From: Gracilinanus agilis
Taxonomy: Eukaryota
Assembly (NCBI RefSeq): GCF_016433145.1
Contig: NC_058134.1
Coordinates: 184,096,056 to 184,160,055, forward strand
Length of the DNA: 64,000 bases
Direction of reading: 5' to 3'
This document shows, one piece after another, positions 12,700 to 24,545 of this stretch. The translations under genes were made by a program, and so were the position numbers. Position 1 is the first letter of the stretch, and each line of letters begins with the position of its first letter. Under the pieces are notes generated by a model. That model saw only the letters and a list, made by a program, of their open reading frames with translations, was not told where the DNA came from and searched no databases.

Positions 12700-13085
12700 T
12701 ATTCTAACACTCTGTTTAGCACTGTTAGTCCTCATCCTTCTTTATCTTTCTACAGCCTTTGACACCCGCTTCTGCTGGATACCCTCTTTTCTCTATGTCT
12801 TTCCTGGCTCCTCAGTCTCTTTTGATATTTCTTCATCCAGTTCACACCGGCTAAATGTGGGTATCCTCCAGGATTCTATCTTAGGCCCTCTTCTCTTCTC
12901 CTTCTACATGGATTCACTTAATGACTTCATCAGCTCTCATGGTTTCAATGATCTCTATGCTGATTATTTTCAAATCTACTTCCCAGAACTAACTTTTCTC
13001 CTAATGTTCAGGCTCCCATCTCTAACTCTCTCTAAGACACTTCAAACTGGGATGTCCTGTAGACATCTTACATTCTATATGTGCA
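12700..13085 (+). mobile_element. L2 LINE reverse-transcriptase remnant
   Basis: ORF 12857-13111 GILQDSILGPLLFSFY..SLNDFISSHGF..LYADYFQIY is the decayed GVPQGSVLGPLLF...YADD RT motif. Confidence 0.9.
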
Positions 13086-13089
13086 AGTT

Positions 13090-13250
13090 TGTTGTTTTTC
13101 AGTTGTTTTAGTTGAATCTGACATTTTGTGACCCTCTTTGGGATTTTCATGACAAAGACATTGGAGAAGTTTGTCATTTCCTTCTCCAGCTTATTTTAAG
13201 ATGAGAAAACTGATGCCAACAGGGTTGTCACCTGGCCAGGATCACACACT
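13090..13250 (-). mobile_element. MAR1 SINE 3' part
   Basis: ttcagttgttttagttgaatctgac..tgtgaccctctttgggattttcatgacaaagacattggag..tttgtcatttccttctccagc. Confidence 0.8.
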
Positions 13251-13465
13251 TATTGCTTGACTTATGTATGACACTGAAAGGTGAATTGAGTTGGTCAGGG
13301 TCACATGGATAGGTATCAAAGATGAAATTTGAGCCCATGTCTTCGTGACGTCAAGCCCACTTTTCTAATATCACATTGAAAATGTGTAGAAAGATATACG
13401 TTTATAATGACAATCATAAAAATAATAATTGAAATCTATAGAAGTTGACAAATTTATTGGATCTA

Positions 13466-13467
<2 letters not shown>

Positions 13468-13521
<54 letters not shown>
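13468..13521. repeat. (AG)27 microsatellite
   Basis: Direct reading. Confidence 0.97.
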
Positions 13522-13524
<3 letters not shown>

Positions 13525-14129
13525 GAGAAGAGTAAATATTGATCCAAAGGATTCAGTTTGGATAGCTGGAAGAATAGTCATGCTATCAATAGAAATCAGG
13601 TAGATATATGTACACACACATATATGTTTGTATATATGCATGGATATATGTGTAAGTATACACATGTATGTATATGTTTTAGCACAGATATCAGTTCATC
13701 AGTCTAATATTATGCCTAGAAGTATATATGATACACAGATATAAAAAATTGCAATGGAACACTAAAAAATATAAGAACCTCTTTGGGTTATTTAAGATAA
13801 AGTCATTTTCTCCACATACTTTGGGCTTTGCAAATGTATTTTCCATCCCTACCTCTCTGCTGAACCAGTCTCTCTGTGATCTTATGGCCAAATTCAATTG
13901 TCTTTTTTTTTAATTTGTGACATTGACCAAACACTTTCAATTTAATAAAGCACTTTATGCACTTTATCTGACTGTAATCTTATAACATGTAAGGTAGGTA
14001 CTGAAGGTATTGTTATACTCAGTTTCACTTAAGGTTTTCTAGCATTTCTGCCTTTTTACGTTAATATCTTAGAGTTGGGCTGGATATCAGAAGTCCTGAT
14101 TTTAAACTATACTTTAAAAACAATCTGCT

Positions 14130-14880
14130 CCACAACATAAATAGGAGGTCTTCTGATCTTTACTTAAAGTTCAAAAGGGATAAGGAATTCATAAACCCTT
14201 ACACTTTTGAATAGTTTTCATTGTTTTGAGATTTTTCTTTAAGTTGAACCTAAATTGACTTTTAAATAATTTAAACTCATTTTTACTTGCTGTGACTGAT
14301 GTGACAAATGAGAATGTCTAATATTTTCCTTACATTGTGTTTGAAGATAGCTACCCTGATTCTCAGAAGTCTCATCATTATCTTGCTAAATTTGCCCAAT
14401 TTCTTCAACTTTTCTCATAGATCATGATCTTGAGCCTTTTTGCAATCCTAGCGCCCCTCCTCTAAATGTTTTCCATTTTCTCTTCCTATATCTTTTCTAG
14501 TCCTCTGAGTTTTACATCATCCTCAGAGCTAATGAGCATGCAATCTAAGATACTATCCTAGTTGTTGATAAAAATGGTAAACAGCCCAGTACCAAATACA
14601 TATCCCAGAATTATTCCACCAGAGATTTTCTTTGAAGGTGACATGGAATAATAATAACATACTTTTGAGGTTTGATCATTCAACCAATTCCAAATTTACC
14701 TGCTAATTAACTGCATTAGTATCCCTTTCACATTTTATAATCTCCATGTTTTCCATAAGAATGAGATGAAAAATGTTATCAAATGCTTTGCAAATATTAA
14801 GTATATCGTGACTGTAACTTTCTTCTGTCACCATCTCAAAAAAGCCAATGAAATTAATTTTGAATGACCTATTTCTTTTT
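14130..14880 (-). mobile_element. L3/CR1 LINE remnant (probably continues 15860-16800)
   Basis: Antisense CR1-like motifs (cttcaacttttctcatag, gttatcaaatgctttgcaaa, gaaattaattttgaatgacctatttc); heavily decayed. Confidence 0.5.
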
Positions 14881-15277
14881 AAAATGTATTTTATTTTTTA
14901 ATTAACAATTTTTTTCCACTTGTACTCCCACATTAAAAAAAGCAAAAAATAAACAAAAAGCCAAAAACCTTTTTAAGCTAAAATGGATAGTAAGCCAAAT
15001 AAATTCCCACATTATCTGGGACCAAAAACATTCAGCATCCTAAGTTCATCTTCTCCCTTTTGGGGATAGCTACTGTGCTTTAACATCATTCCCCTAGAGG
15101 GTCGTATCATCCAGTCTTTCAAAGATATTTGTGTTTATAATATTGCTATTGTATAAATTGCTCTGTGTGTTCTGAATCAGTTCATACAAATCTTCTCAGG
15201 TTTCTTAGTATTACATGTTATTTATGAAACTGTGCCAAGTTTTATTGTCCAAAGATTTTTAAAAAATGTTGATCTAA

Positions 15278-15467
15278 GGGGCAGCTGGGGAGCTCAGTGG
15301 AGTGAGAGTCAGGCCTAGAGACAGGAGGTCCTAGGTTCAAAACCCGGCCTCAGCCACTTCCCAGCTGTGTGACCCTGGGCAAGTCACTTGACCCCCATTG
15401 CCCACCCTTACCACTCTTCCACCTATGAGACAATACACCGAAGTACAGGAGTTTAAAAAAAAAATAA
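15278..15467 (+). mobile_element. SINE1_Mdo, full-length young copy (short-tail variant) with 16-bp TSD
   Basis: A box agctcagtgg, B box ggttcaaaacc, A-rich tail; TSD aaaaaatgttgatcta at 15261-15276 and 15468-15483; TT/AAAA nick site. Confidence 0.97.
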
Positions 15468-15658
15468 AAAAAATGTTGATCTACAGATAGATCCACAGAT
15501 CTCTTGCCTTCTTTGAAAACTAGAAAAAACATTTGCTGTTCTATAATCCTTTGGTATCTGTTTTGATTTTTTTTTTTGTTGTGAACTTAACAATCATCAA
15601 TAAGCTGAACTATTTCAAAATACAATGATTAATTGAGAGTATTTTGTATGCTGTAGGA

Positions 15659-15847
15659 CAGTGATGGGCAAACTTTTTAAAGAGGAAAGGAAATGCTCAT
15701 CTGTCAGTTTCTAAGGCAACTCTTTTGAAGTTTCATTGTATTGTATCCTACTCGTTGTATTTGTCAGATTAGGAATAATGTCGCTCAGCAGGATAGAACA
15801 TTTCAGCCCCTCCATTAGATTCATGGACCATAGTTTGCCCATCACTG
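15659..15847. mobile_element. Non-autonomous hAT (Charlie-like) DNA transposon / MITE, 189 bp
   Basis: Perfect 15-bp TIRs cagtgatgggcaaac (15659-15673) and gtttgcccatcactg (15833-15847); 8-bp flanks ctgtagga / ccctagga (6/8 match, TAG core typical of hAT targets). Confidence 0.92.
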
Positions 15848-16959
15848 CCCTAGGATATTTCAGAAACTCAACAATCATGTCTACAAGTTCTTTGAATAGC
15901 TTATGTTGTGATTGTGGTTATGAATCCATCAAGGGAGGTTAGATGCTTTTTTTTTCAGATTCCTCTTTTTCCTGGATTTCAACTACCTGTTGACTGCCAT
16001 TTTAATTCTGTAACTTCCAGGTCAAAAATCATTCTCATTTTCAAAGAAAAAGAAGAAAATAAAAATCGAACATTTATTCTCTGAATATTTTAATTAATAG
16101 TCCTCCTTAATTAATAGTCATATATCTTCATTAATCTTACTTTTCCTTTGAATATATTAAAATATCCCTTTATTTTCCTTGCTAACCATTAAGCTTTCTT
16201 ATATTTAACATGCTTGATACTATTTTCATAGGTCAGTGACATGAATTCATCACTCATTAACTACTTTTGCTTCCACATTTTGTCTCTTAAAAATCTAAGA
16301 TAGTCAGCCAGCTCTCTGGGCATCCACACAAATCTCATTATATATGTTTTTTATACATACTAAGTATTGTTTCTTTATTTCTTTAAAATTCCATTCTTGA
16401 GAGCTTTGGGAATGTCTTTTTGCTGTGATATTTTAGGCCTGTGGAACATGAACTGTCCTTTCTCTGAATCCTTTGAAATTTGTTTTTTAAAGTCCTTAGC
16501 TTCATTTAAATTTTTTCTTAGCTTTTCTCTTTCTTATGCTTTCTAATATGAATTTAACAACTTTATCCTAAAGTTCCTATTATGCCTTCACCTTTGACAA
16601 GCTCTTTCATGTTGGTGAGAATCAGATCTAGATTATCTTTCTGCTTGTGAGATCAATTTTTGAAAGTCAAAATACCCCCAAGTTGCTTTACTTTGGGCAA
16701 AAAGAAAGTTGTATTAAATTTCTGGGTAGTTTTGGTTTCTGATCATGACTACATCATTCCTCTGTGCTGAACTTGTTTTCTGTTTCTTAAGATCTTTGTC
16801 TATGTATATCTTTTGCTCAAGCTGTAGGTCCATAGATTTAGAATTGGAAGAGAATTTAGAACCCATTTTGTTAGTGAAGAAGTTGAAGCACAGAGATGTT
16901 AGGTAACTTGCACAGGATCATATAGCTACTGTTTCAGTGGAATTCAAACTTGTTAATCT

Positions 16960-17490
16960 TTCAGTCAGTCAACAAACATTAAGTGCTTACTATGTTAGAC
17001 ACTATGCTAAGCATTGAATATACAAAAAATGGCAAAAGGCAATCTTTGACCTCAAAGTGCTTACATTTAAATGGAGGATACATGTAAAAATTTAGGTAAA
17101 TACAATTTCTCTGTATCTATCTATATCTAGAAATATATATTTGCACATACTTAAATAGCTATACACACATTATATAGAATTTACCTAGAGTTTTGTTTCC
17201 TCTTTTTGAATGTGATATATGCATATTATCTATTGTTAAAGATTATATATGTATATATATACACACATAATATATAATGTATATGTTTCCATTATATGTG
17301 CATATATATGATGAAAAATAATCTGATAAGGGAAGGTACCAGAAACTGGTGGGAATGTGAAAGACTTCCAGCAGAAGGTGAAATTTGAGCTGCATCTTAA
17401 AGAAAACCAGAGAAACTAAGGTGAAGGTGAGGGGCAGAGCATTTCAGGAGTGGGGAACAACCAGTGCAAAGGCAGAGAGATGGGAAATAG
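16960..17490 (-). mobile_element. L2 LINE 3' end (further pieces at 18070-18370)
   Basis: tcagtcagtcaacaaacattaagtgcttactatgttagacactatgctaagc; purine-rich antisense L2 body. Confidence 0.8.
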
Positions 17491-17579
17491 AATGAAGTGA
17501 TCAAAGCTGCTCAGCAATTTATATGTTATATATATGCACTATAATATCAATATTCTAAAACAGGAACACAAAGACTTTT

Positions 17580-17900
17580 TTAAAATGATGAAAAACAGAA
17601 TGAACAGAATCAGAACAATTTATATAATAATGACTACTTTATAAAGATAGCTTTGAAAACTGTAAGAATGGTAATTAATACAATGTTCAGTAATGTTTCT
17701 AGAGAACTGATGATGAAAAGTTGTCTCCCTCTTGACAGAGAAGTGATGGATTTCAGGCGCAGACTTTTATAGGCAATTAGGAATTCATTTTGTTTGTCTA
17801 TGCCTATTTGCTGTAAATATTCTTTTACCTTTTGGATGAAGTGAAGGTTCATAGGAAGAGAATTTTTAAATTATTTAAAATTTTGTTAATTAAAAAGTTT
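17580..17900 (+). mobile_element. Old marsupial L1 3' fragment
   Basis: gaatgaacagaatcagaacaatttatataataatgactac...gaactgatgatgaaaag...gacagagaagtgatgga. Confidence 0.65.
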
Positions 17901-18399
17901 TAAAAATAGAGAAATTGATGGGATTTGCTACAGGGATGGCCTTTTCAGATGAGGTCACCACACTGTTAGTCTTGGTTAATTGTTTTATTTTGATGTAGAG
18001 AGAGGACTCACAGAGAGAAGGGTGATTTGGAAATGTCTATAATATAAAACACATTAGTAAAGCTTTAAATAAAAGGAAATGGAATATGTTTGTTGGAGGA
18101 GCTTTTAAGTAAGCCAGTGTGCCTGGAACATAGAGCACATAGAGAAGAGTCAAGTTTGACAGGGCTGAAAAGGTGGAAGAATCCATTTGATGAAGAGCTT
18201 TAAATATTAGAGTACTCTATAGATGGTCCTAGGGGAAATAGGGAACAACTGGAGCTCATTGACTTTCATTTTAGAAAAATCACTTTGGCAGCTGAGTAGA
18301 AGATTGGTGTGAGAGGAGACTGAGGAAGGGAGAAAGCATTGCAAGAGTCCAAGAGGGAGGGTCTAAAGGACTGAATAAAGTCTTATTTCATCCTAGCTT

Positions 18400-19450
18400 A
18401 GCACTCCATTTACTCCATTAGAGGATCTATGGTATGATGCAATGCCAATATTACTTCTCTTTCTGTCTCCAGTGATCTTTAGGCTAATGCTCCCCACAGT
18501 GTTTCACCAATTTGTGGACTTCTTCATATTGCTAAATCTTTTTGTCAAATACAACAGTACTCCACCCTTTACCTATCCTGTTCCTTTCAAATACATTATA
18601 CTCTTCTAAAACTGTGTTTCAGGCATCAGCCTTATTCTATCAGATCTAGCCTTGGTCATGGTTTTGAGATCATACTTTCTTCTTTGCATTATTATTATAC
18701 GTTTGTTTGTTACCCATACGCTGTTTATTTGATAAAGACATCTTAAGTCAGAGGTTTTGCCATTGGCTTCAATCTTTTGTTTTGTCTCATTAGTTTCTTT
18801 ATTGTTCTACTCCCTGGATTATAATTGCTTTCACTGGCATCTAGCATGGTGGATAGTCAGACACTTACCATCTCTCTTTTGCAGTGTAGAAGTCCTTTGG
18901 TCGAAATACCAGTCCGTATTAGGCATGAGCTATCCATGGAAAATACTTTATATTCATGTATTTTAAACTCTGGTTCAGAAAGTCAAATCCTCTTCTGAAA
19001 CACAATCTTCTTATCCAGTTATATACACTCTCCAAATTTGCCTTGGTCAGATGAACAGTAGCCTAGCCATGTGTTCTTCCTGCCTATACCCACACATATC
19101 TGGTGATTTTGAAATACATTTCTGAAAGCCGAAGTTTCATATATTTATTATTAAATCACCATTCCTATGAAAAGTGTTTGATCATATCCTTTGACCACCT
19201 TTCATTGATTAAATTTGATCTTATTATAGTCAGCCCAATTGTATAGCCTATCAAGATCTTTTTGGATTCTGAGTGATGTCTAGCATGCTAGCTAATTCTA
19301 GTTTTGTGTCATTGGCAAGTTTAATGAAGGTGCCTTCATACCTGTACCCAGTGTTAAACAGTGAAGGGCCATGTGTAGCTCCCTGAAGTCTCCTGGAGAC
19401 CTTCTCACAAGGTGTCTAAGAACCATGGACTACAACTCTGAGTTTTTCCA
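18400..19450 (-). mobile_element. L3/CR1 LINE remnants (patchy)
   Basis: cagcccaattgtatagcctatcaagatctttttggattctg...ttttgtgtcattggcaagttt is reverse of CR1 RT region; 18860-19000 not assignable. Confidence 0.5.
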
Positions 19451-19543
19451 TTTGACTCCTTCCTCACATGGAAGATGTAGATAGAAAGGAACATTTCTTC
19501 TTGTGGGGAGATATTCTAATAACCTGTTTACCTTTTCTTCTAG

Positions 19544-19612
19544 GTTGAAACCATCTTGCACTTTGAAAAGAGATAAGAGAAGAACTGGTTATGGGAAAAA
19601 TATAATCACAAT
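19544..19612 (+). CDS. Candidate 69-nt exon (xLKPSCTLKRDKRRTGYGKNIITx), unidentified; best splice signals in the window
   Basis: Branch-like ctaat (19516-19520), tract ctgtttaccttttcttctag|, donor AAT|gtaagt; single open frame, symmetric phase 2. Confidence 0.35.
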
Positions 19613-19849
19613 GTAAGTTTTTTTGTTTTTATATTTGAATTTTTAGTGTTTAATGATGCCTTGCACATAACAGATGTTTGATGGAAGAATTTAATTGGTG
19701 GGAATGCATCTTCTGTTGCCTCTTCTTTGTTACTTAATCATCCAATGATAATTTGTTGAGCCCCTAACAAGTACAAAAAAACAATAAGTATGGGAAAGAG
19801 GAAAATATAGTCTTTTCCTTTAAGAAGCTGATAATCTATTGATAGTTCA

Positions 19850-20760
19850 GATTCTTATTGCATTCTATGGTTTGCAAAGCACAAACTGGTTGTGTTAAGT
19901 GTATTTTATCTGTATTTCACAGCTGAGAATGCCAAAACTTAAAAGAAATGAGATGACTGGCCCAGAATAACTCAGATAGTGTTAGAACCAACGCTTAAAC
20001 TCAGGTTTTCTGACTCTGAAATCAATACTTTTCCTCACTAAACCAGTCTTATACTGTATCCATAGAAATCCATAGAGATAAGAAATGAAAACTACAGCAA
20101 TATTTGATAGGTGATATATATGAATGGTACAAACAGTGCTAGAGGACTGCAGAAAACAGGGAATCATTTTTTTTGGTTCGATTTATCAAGGAAGACTTCA
20201 TCATAGGGTAGAATTTGAACTAGACTTCTGAGGAAGAGAAAACTTTGACAAATTGGAGATGGAAGAGAGAGCATCAAAGGCAGAGGGAGGGACTTGGGCA
20301 AAGGGATATATGTAGAAAAATTCCACGTTTGTGATTGGAGGAGAAGTAGTTCAAATTGAGTGGAAAGATAGAGCATGACAAAATTGTAAATGGTACTGAA
20401 TGACCAGCTAAAGAAATGAATACATATTTGGTCTTTTTAAGTAAAATATTGTGATGAGAATGATGTTTTTCTGTTTTCAACGTGCAGGGTGTTTTAGATA
20501 GAGAGAATAAGAGTCAGAGAAACCAATCAAGAAGCTATTGCAATTGTTTGGGTGTAGATATTAAGGGCCTAAAATAAGGAATCAATGGTGGAAATGAAAA
20601 TAGAACTGATTGGTAACACGTTGTGAATTAAAAGTATTTTAGCTACTGGTGAATTTTTAGAGCTACCATATTTACAAGAGGAAAAGCTAGGTGAGAGAAG
20701 GAGAATTACATTCAGGCTTGGGTTTGAATTTTAGGTGAGATGAGAGTATCACCACGATAT
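19850..20760 (-). mobile_element. MIR fragment followed by L2 fragments
   Basis: tttgcaaagcac...tttcacagctgagaa...ttaaactcaggttttctgactc (MIR); agaaaaccaatcaagaagctattgcaattgtttgggtg (L2). Confidence 0.6.
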
Positions 20761-23170
20761 GGGAATATATTAGTTGGTACAATAAAAAGTCTTCTTTCTT
20801 TGGTATAAGAAAAATAAAGGGACAGGAGGATTTTTGTAAAGAAATGGGATTACAATATGCTTATACATCATTTTATTAGTTCATAGTAGTAGGTGCAAGT
20901 AGAGAGGATTTGTGCAGAGGTCACCAGAGGGACAGGGATATGATGAAGAGTGCTGCTCTGGTTTTTATGCCTCTGGCTAAATAGGAGATTTCAGTTTCCA
21001 TTGCTGTGATTTTATTTTTGCCCCCAGCTCCTACCCACATGATTTTCCCTGCTTAAGGAAAAATCATATGTTTCAATATATAGCAGTTAATTACAGCATT
21101 ACTTGCTTTAATCAAATTCTTAGAGTTTTAGCGCTGCAAAATACTGAAATCACAGGAGACATTCCATTCTTAAGTGATTGCACGTTCATTTTGAGTTGTT
21201 ACCCATAACTTAGACATACACAATATCATTCATTGCCTGCTTCATAAAGCGGGTGACTTTTAAATTTTTCAGTGGCCTATTCAGCATTAATATTTGTTCA
21301 GCAAAAAAGACAGGAACATCAGTAATTTTCCAATTCATTTTTATAGAAACAATAAATTCTTCTAAGCTCATGGCTTTTGAACATATGATAAATCATAGAT
21401 AGGTATATATTCTATCAATATACATTTTTTCTCATTTTTCACTCATGTGAGACAAAAAAAATTAAAAACAAATGCTGTGTCTTTTTGGAGGAGCTTTCAA
21501 AATGTTTTTATTTAGGTATGTATAGTTTAGCCTTCAAGTCCTTTCCAACACTGAGATTTTGTGTTTTGTGACCAGTAAGGAAAATCCTAGAAATATTCAG
21601 AACATTCAAAATATTGAACTTTAATTTTTAAATAATTATTTAGATGTAGCCCAATCTCTAAGATTTGTGTTATATTAAGAGGCTAACAACACTAAACTAC
21701 CTGATTATTTTGCACAAATTAATATGAACTTGAATTTTTAAGGTATAATTCAGTATGAGAAAAATAAGCCTATGTTAGGCCCCTTAGTAGGAAGAATGTG
21801 GCAAAGTACAGGGAGAGCCAACTTCAGAATTGGTTGGGTTCAGCTTTGACAAATATTGGCAGGGTGACTGACCCTAGCAAAGGACAACCTTTCACTTTGG
21901 GCAACTTGGTAAAATTAAATCCCAGAAAGGGTACCTATATGCATTAGCTGAGAGAGTTTCCTAATCTAGGAATTGTGTTTGCCAATGAAATGGCAATCCC
22001 AGACTCCTTTCCTATATTTATCCCTTTCTTGAGGTACTATTACATTGAATTTAGAAACAAAAAGTCAATTGGAAGGCAATACTGGTAAGAGCAATTTTGA
22101 TAATATTCTGTTAAATTTGCTGTATACTTAAAAACATGTACATAGTAGATTCAAAATTTTATATACCAAATCCTTTCTGTCTTTCTAAGTATTTGGTTAT
22201 GTCATAATTGTGTAACATTATCCAGTTTAAAACAAACAAACAAAAGAGGAATAGAGGATTAAAAAAAAAAAAGGAATGATACCCTTGATCTCTAGATAGG
22301 GGATCTTTCTCTGCAATCATCAAGGATTTCAGGGGGAAAAAAAGAAATAAGAGTTCATCATAAAGGTTATGCTTTAGATGGAACTTAATGTCAAAAGTTT
22401 CCCAGTATATAAATCATTGTCTTTTAAAAAAAATTGTAACTCATAAAGTAATTTTGATCCTTTTGGTCTATTGGGATTATGTGGCATTTATACATAAAAT
22501 CAAGTTGAAGGTAACTCTCATGGTGTTACATTTTTATATTATTTTAAAGAAATATACCTGATCTTGTCTTATAGGAAAAAAAATGGATTTACCACTTTTC
22601 ATAAAAGCCTTTTGAAAATTGTGTAGTCCTTTGGAGACAGAATGTATGGAACCTTTGCCAATGAGTAAACGCCCATGATTAACAGCACGGATGGTGTGAT
22701 ACTTTTGGAGCCTTGCAAAATTATGCTATAGGTTTCCTTAAAAAAATAAGTCACATATGTTCTGTGATTCCAGCCCTTTAACATGCCCCAAATAGGCTGC
22801 ATATACTGTGCACTTAAATTATTCTTACAAGATTCTAAAATGTGATTTGATGACTGATGATGGTGCAAATCTTGAAGGGGGAAGGGCAAAAAAAATCAGT
22901 AAAAACTTGTTTTTGAATTTTTCCCAACATTAATTGTTTAAAATAAATTATGTTATGAAAATGTTATAATTTTTAGATATATTCATTTTTGGATGAATTA
23001 AAGAAAACACAAGTAGGATAAAAGAATAGGTTATAGGGACATCTAAATATGATGTATTAATCTTGATATTTGGTCTCAAGTTGTGTTAAGTTAAAAAGAG
23101 TTGGTTATATATAGCTTTGAAATGAGAATCTATGGATCCCCTTGTTTATATATTTCTTTCAATAAAACAG

Positions 23171-23201
23171 TAATTGAATCCGAAGCAATTGGATATCTTA
23201 T
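23171..23201 (+). CDS. Candidate 31-nt exon (xIESEAIGYLx, phase 1 to 2), unidentified
   Basis: ttctttcaataaaacag| acceptor, TAT|gtaagt donor; not directly frame-compatible with 19544-19612. Confidence 0.2.
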
Positions 23202-23689
23202 GTAAGTATTTCTAATTTTGCTATAATTCAACTCTATGAATGATAACCAATGGTTAAAAATTTATTAGATATAGAGATAGGTTTTTAAAAAAATTTTACA
23301 AATTAAAATAAACATTTACAGTTTAATATGTACAAAACATTGTGCTTGGTCTACTAATTCTTATTGAAGTTGTAACCAATGGTTGCTGAATATATAGATG
23401 GCATGCATATCAAATATGCATATCAAAAAAGTCTAGGAGAATTTAACATATCGAATATAAAACTGAGAACCAAAAGCTAAAAAAAAGTTCTTGGCAAGCT
23501 ACTTTGATGGATTATATCTAATAGGTTGAAAATTAATATACATAAATCTTAAGCCCCATACCTGACTTGGGAAAAACTTAGTTGAACAAGAATGGTGTTC
23601 TCTTCATATAGTGAAAAAATAATAACTATTTGTTGCTATAGAAAATAGCATAATACTCCATAAAAGATAACAATCCAGGTGAAAAGATG

Positions 23690-23905
23690 AAGGCAGTGTT
23701 GTACAGTGGAAAAGAATGGTAAATTTGAATTGAAAGGATCTGAGTTCAATAGGGAGTCTGTCATTTACTAGCTACTATACCTCGGGCAAATCACTTTGCC
23801 ATTTTTGGATTCTTATTTCCTTATCTCAAAAGTGAGAAGTTTGGACTGGAATGCCACCTCCAAGTTCGGTTTTTGGCTTTAAATCTATGATTTTCTGATC
23901 CTATG
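23690..23905 (+). mobile_element. MIR-family SINE
   Basis: ggcagtgttgtacagtggaaaaga...gatctgagttcaa...gggcaaatcactt...atctatgattttctgatcctatgatt. Confidence 0.75.
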
Positions 23906-23929
23906 ATTTACTTTGAGGAAGTATTCAGT

Positions 23930-24545
23930 TATGGTCTACAGTCTCAGTATGAAATCAACAGTGTAAAATGATAGCTGAAGAAACAGATTTACTCTTGGGC
24001 TTCACTTAAAAGCCTAATGTTGAGGATAACAGTGGCCTCTTCCAGATGACATCAAACATATTTTGATCATTTCTGCACAGAAATAGCAAAACTAGAAACA
24101 AGAATGCTTATGGACTTGAAACCATGCCAAAGGGGAAACAATTTCAGGTAAGAATATTTAGCCTGGAGAAGAAAAGATTTGAGAGAGTCTAATGTTTTGT
24201 GATATATTACCTCCTATGGAAAATGGGGGAAATTAGTTCTGTTTGGCTCCACAGAGAAGAACTAGTTGTAAAGGCTGTTGAGAGGCATATTTTTGTTCTA
24301 CATTAAACAAACCCAGACAAAACAAAACAGAACATAAAACAATAAAAGGCTTTCTCACTCTCAGAGCCATGCTGAAGTAGAATGAGCTGTTTTGGAGTTA
24401 ATGAGCTTCAACTTCCTGAAGATATTTAAATGAAAGAGTAAAAGGTCATTCAACCAGGATTTTTGCTAGTGGATGCTATTAAGTTCAGGTACGGTTTGGA
24501 CACTTTTGACTATGGTATCTCCAAAGTCCTTTCCAAATCTACCGA
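23930..24545 (+). mobile_element. L3/CR1 LINE 3' end
   Basis: gaatatttagcctggagaagaaaagatttgag...ttttctcac..cagagccatgc...gtccttccaaatct; translation AKLETRMLMDLKPC resembles CR1 ORF2 C-terminus. Confidence 0.65.

Noticed and set aside
15278-15360. tRNA-like A and B boxes
   Set aside because: They are the SINE1 head, not a tRNA gene; no cloverleaf with acceptor stem
19584-19601. TGYGK resembling a RecQ-type Walker A motif in the 69-nt candidate exon
   Set aside because: Followed by N rather than S/T and lacks the preceding hydrophobic strand; a five-residue match is not informative
24081-24147. 67-nt + strand segment with good acceptor and CAG|gtaaga donor
   Set aside because: Lies within an L3/CR1 3' fragment and translates as decayed CR1 ORF2; exonisation cannot be excluded but is unsupported
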